From contig CM059432.1 in assembly GCA_030390025.1 (NCBI GenBank), forward strand, positions 81,532,001-81,596,000: a DNA stretch of 64,000 nt, given 5' to 3'. Positions within the stretch are counted from its first letter, which is position 1; every line of letters begins with the position of its first letter. The notes below the pieces were generated by a model, which had not been told where the DNA came from, made no database searches, and saw nothing but the letters and a program-made list of their open reading frames with translations. Below, piece by piece: positions 60,400 through 64,000 of this stretch. Both the position numbers and the translations under genes were made by a program. This stretch comes from Squalus acanthias (taxonomy: Eukaryota).

Positions 60400-62630
60400 G
60401 TAATGAGTTACAGTTATGGGATTCACAATCAGTATTCCCTTGTTTGCTACTTTACTGGAGTAGGAGAGTGAGGATGGATGAAAAGAAAAGTGAGACAGCA
60501 TTTGAGGAGGATTTTCCCTATAAGATAATGGGGGGAAAATTCAGTCGCGCCCCGTTTGGGGCGCAAATATCGTCCGGGCGCAAAAATTAGCGCCTGGCGC
60601 TAATTATCGCCACTGACTGGAAACTTCACTTTTATCGACCCCTGAGGTGATTGGAGCGCTAAATCAGGCGCTTCACACCTGTCTTAAGGCGCAAAGGCCG
60701 AGGAGCGAGGCGCTAACTCAGAGCGCTGGCGAAGCTCATGTGATGTTAGTCAGCAACGGAACACACACTCAATGGCACCGGCCAGTTCTTAAAGGGGATG
60801 GTTGATCTTGCTTTCCATCCACATCCTGCTCATTGCAGCCTTGAATCCCGGCCTGGAGAGACCTGCACATCAAATCTGCTGGAAAGAACAATGGAGAGTA
60901 CCAGGGAAAGAGCTTAGAGTGCAGCCCCAACAGTCTCTTCTAAATCGATACAAGGAATGGCAAATCAAAATGAACCTGCAAAGTGCTGCTCAGTACCCAA
61001 AACTCCTTCACACAACGTTGAATCTCTCCAGATGTCTCTCTCTCTCTCTCTCAGAATGCGTAGTTCAAAAATGGCACCAACAATAAAAGGCAGGAAGCGG
61101 TCACCTTTAAATAGCGCTCCCCCAGTCCCTTCATGACTGCAGAACGCTCCCCTCAACCTGTCGTTGCTAGCGTCAGGCGGTAAGGCAGGGGGCGCCACTC
61201 AATATCCGCTCCGGGGCGATACCGGGGCGTTGCACACTCGACTGACGTCACGATCTGCCGGCGCAGGAGATCGTGGCGGTAGTGTTTAGCGCCGCCGCAA
61301 AATGTCTAGTTAAGTTCGCGAGCGGCGCAAACATCGCTGCGCCCGGGCGCTAGCTGCTTTGCGCCCCATTAGCGCCCTCTTAAGGCGCTAACGGGAGGCG
61401 CAACCAACTGAATTTTTCCCCCAATAACTCCTCCCCCAAGTAATTTACAGGTCATGCAGATCTTATGAAGCCCTCAGCGATGAGCTCTGCATGAGAAGTG
61501 TGCACTTCACCGAAGAGACTATAAGAAAGCCATGTCACCTTCTGTATGCAGTCCTGCAGCCAAGATCATCTGCCTAGACAACTCTGTCTGTGGCAGTAAT
61601 AGTAACCATGGCACTCAACATTAGGCCACCGGCTCATTTCAACCAGCCGTTGCAATATCACCCAGGGTACCATGCATTCATCAGGTCAGTAAAACCATTT
61701 CCCTGCACTACAACAGTGACTACACTTCAAAAGTACTTCATTGGTTGTAAAGCGCTTTGGGACATCCTGAGGTCGTGAAAGGTGCTACATAAATGCAAGT
61801 CTTTCTTTTCTTTATTTGTAGGAGAGCAGGGGATTTCATTCAGTTTGGCATAAATGTCAGGCAGCTGCATGATAGAGGCACACAGATTTATCAAGTTGCT
61901 GGGTTTCCCGAAGTGTAGAGTGATACAGATGGCACTTCATGTAGCATTGTGACCTCCTACAGTAAACCTCCAAACTTTCTGAATAGAAAGGGCTTCCACC
62001 TGCTGAATGTACAGATCATAAGTGAGCAGATACAAAGAATTCTACATGTAATTACCAAATTTTCTGGAAGTTGCCATGACACTTTTTCCTAGATTACAAC
62101 AGTGACTACACTTCAAAAGCTGTAAAAGTGCTTTGGGATGTCCTGAGATCGTGAAAGGCGCTATATAAATGCAAGTCTTTCTTTTTCTCAGGAATTCTGC
62201 CTTTCCTGATTTCTTCAAGGAAGAATCTGAAGTAACCAGATGACTCCTGGGCAACAACATGTATCTCCTGCAACCTCTCTGCGACTTGTGAGACCAGCAG
62301 CTGAAGAGCACCAAAGTGAGGCAGATGCTTCTACAGGAGTTGCAATTGAGAGAACGTTAAGGGCTTAAAGATGTGCTTTCACTGCTTCAACAGATCTGGA
62401 GAGGCTTTGCAATATGCTCCCAAGTGGGTAACCTGCACAGTGGTAACTTGGTATACCCTGCACAACTCATAGTCCAAAAAGGCCTAAGCATGGAAATTCC
62501 TGGGGACGTAATCCTGCTTTGGAGGTAGAAGAACATGGAATGGAGCATCATGAAGACCGTGACTCAGAGGACTCCTCATTGACGGTTGCAAGGGGCATCA
62601 GAGCTCAATTTAGCAATGAAGTTCTCATTG
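60400..62630 (+). pseudogene. Old Harbinger transposase interrupted by a MITE and two SINE tails (~61696-61812, ~62085-62188)
   Basis: LSDELCMRSVHFTEE, LSVAVIVTMALN, AGFP, FLNRKGFHLLNVQ, GSCHDTF, RSGEALQY. Confidence 0.8.
60530..61422. mobile_element. Harbinger MITE (GGGGGAAAAATT family)
   Basis: TIR GGGGGGAAAATT/AATTTTTCCCCC, TSD AAT. Confidence 0.92.
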
Positions 62631-63681
62631 GTTTAACAGTCTCCCTTTGTAACAACTGCCTTTACTCCATTTCAATTGTCTTCGCATAATTCCCAACTCC
62701 TTCAGTGCAAAACCCATCCTAGAACTTCGCAGCATATCAAACCTGTTTGTCCCTACATGTCTATGTCCAATCTTTAAAATCTCTCTGAATAACTGAGCAT
62801 GAAATAAATTCAGCTTCTTTCTTATTACAAGCAATTCAAAAGTGAGCATAAGCCGTCCTACTCCTCCCACAGACCAGGCTTCCCTGGATGTGCATTCAAG
62901 CCCAAAGTGTCTAAAAACCAGTGTGCAATGTGCTGTCTAATCTGTTTCCTATGTCACCAGGGCTGCAGTCTGTGCTTCCATGGGGTAGGAAGCACCAACT
63001 GGTCCCTGGCCACTTGAGAGGTGGGGGGACTAATGCAGATTCCAATGAAGCTGTCATATGCCCCATTGATGGCTGCAACAAAGAAAAAGCTTCCATGGTG
63101 TTCTCGCAAATGATGCCTGTAGACTCTAGACTTGCAGTTAAATCTAGTTTGGTAAATTTGCTTGTCATTTCAGGGGCTGATTAAATAGCGGCAACAGCCT
63201 TGTAAGTGTTCTGAGCTGTGGAATTAAGGCTACGTTGTTATCAGTCTCCTCCTTTAGTATAATAATCTATACTCAATTCCATGGCACAGACCGTGTACCT
63301 AAATTAAAGTTTTGTCCTTTCCTCTGAAGAGACAGAAAGGAGCCTTGGTGACTGACATCTCAAATTCTACAGTAAGCAATTATCTAATCAGAGTTGTCTG
63401 AGCATCTGAAGGAGAATTCACTGAAGACAGATTTAATGCTCATTGTAATTAAAGTTGTACAGTAGGTGCATGCTAAAGAGTATCAAGTTTCAGAAATCTA
63501 GTTTTCAAGTAGAAATGCACCTTGACATATTGAATGCAGTCTATGTGTAAGGCATTCATCCCTTTAAGGAATTTTTAAACAGAGGATTAAAAAGACTTTT
63601 ACTGTGATGGGATATTACAATTTAATTGTTTGTGTCTCCATGCTACCTCTCTCCAATACCCTTTGAGGCCAAATCGCGCCT

Positions 63682-63860
63682 TTTTTTAATTGGATGTGGA
63701 CATCGCCGGCAAGGCCAGCATTTATTGCCCATCTTCTTGAATACAACTGAATGGCTTACTCAGAGGGCAGTTAAGAGTCAACCACATTGCTGTGGGTCTG
63801 AAATCACATATAGGTCAGCAAATTTCCTTCCCTAAAGAGATGAATTAGAAGTGTTATAAT
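63682..63860 (-). mobile_element. SINE-like retroposon fragment, family of 21925-22105
   Basis: GGCAAGGCCAGCATTTATTGCCCATC..TTAAGAGTCAACCACATTG. Confidence 0.6.
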
Positions 63861-63926
63861 AAGAATGGGTGACGTTACCATTATGCACACGATGACATGT
63901 CACTGGCTGCTGACATCAGTCACAAT

Positions 63927-64000
63927 GGCCCAAAAATTCGGCCGTTCTCGGGTGAGTACTCAATGCGTACTCACCCATATTCGTTCCTGAAGTGCCGGTT
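63927..64000. mobile_element. Start of a second copy of the 4665-5427 MITE
   Basis: GGCCCAAAAATTCGGCCG...GAAGTGCCGGTT; runs off the window. Confidence 0.85.

Overview
Eukaryotic, repeat-saturated genomic DNA, almost certainly from a cartilaginous fish (shark/ray), judged by an HE1-type V-SINE, SacSINE1-like Deu-domain SINEs and matching CR1 tails. I found no convincing host protein-coding gene, so the window looks intronic or intergenic. It is a nested transposon stack. There are about 7 PIF/Harbinger remnants (DDE transposase plus a convergent spliced Myb/SANT-like gene) and about 9 Harbinger MITEs, most with visible 3-bp TSDs. Retroelements include many CR1 LINE pieces (one with an uninterrupted ~2.15-kb ORF2 segment), L2, RTE and Penelope-like (RT + GIY-YIG) elements. 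There is also a hAT-type MITE, a solo LTR and three SINE families, each sharing its 3' tail with a LINE in the window. The most interesting signal not shown by the ORF track is a set of minimal hammerhead ribozyme motifs in two Penelope families, supported by compensatory base changes between copies. These motifs also bound short, ORF-less ~130-nt units that recur alone or as head-to-head fold-backs, which may be a retrozyme-like non-autonomous family. Coordinates of degraded elements are approximate, and family names come from motif recognition, not database searches.
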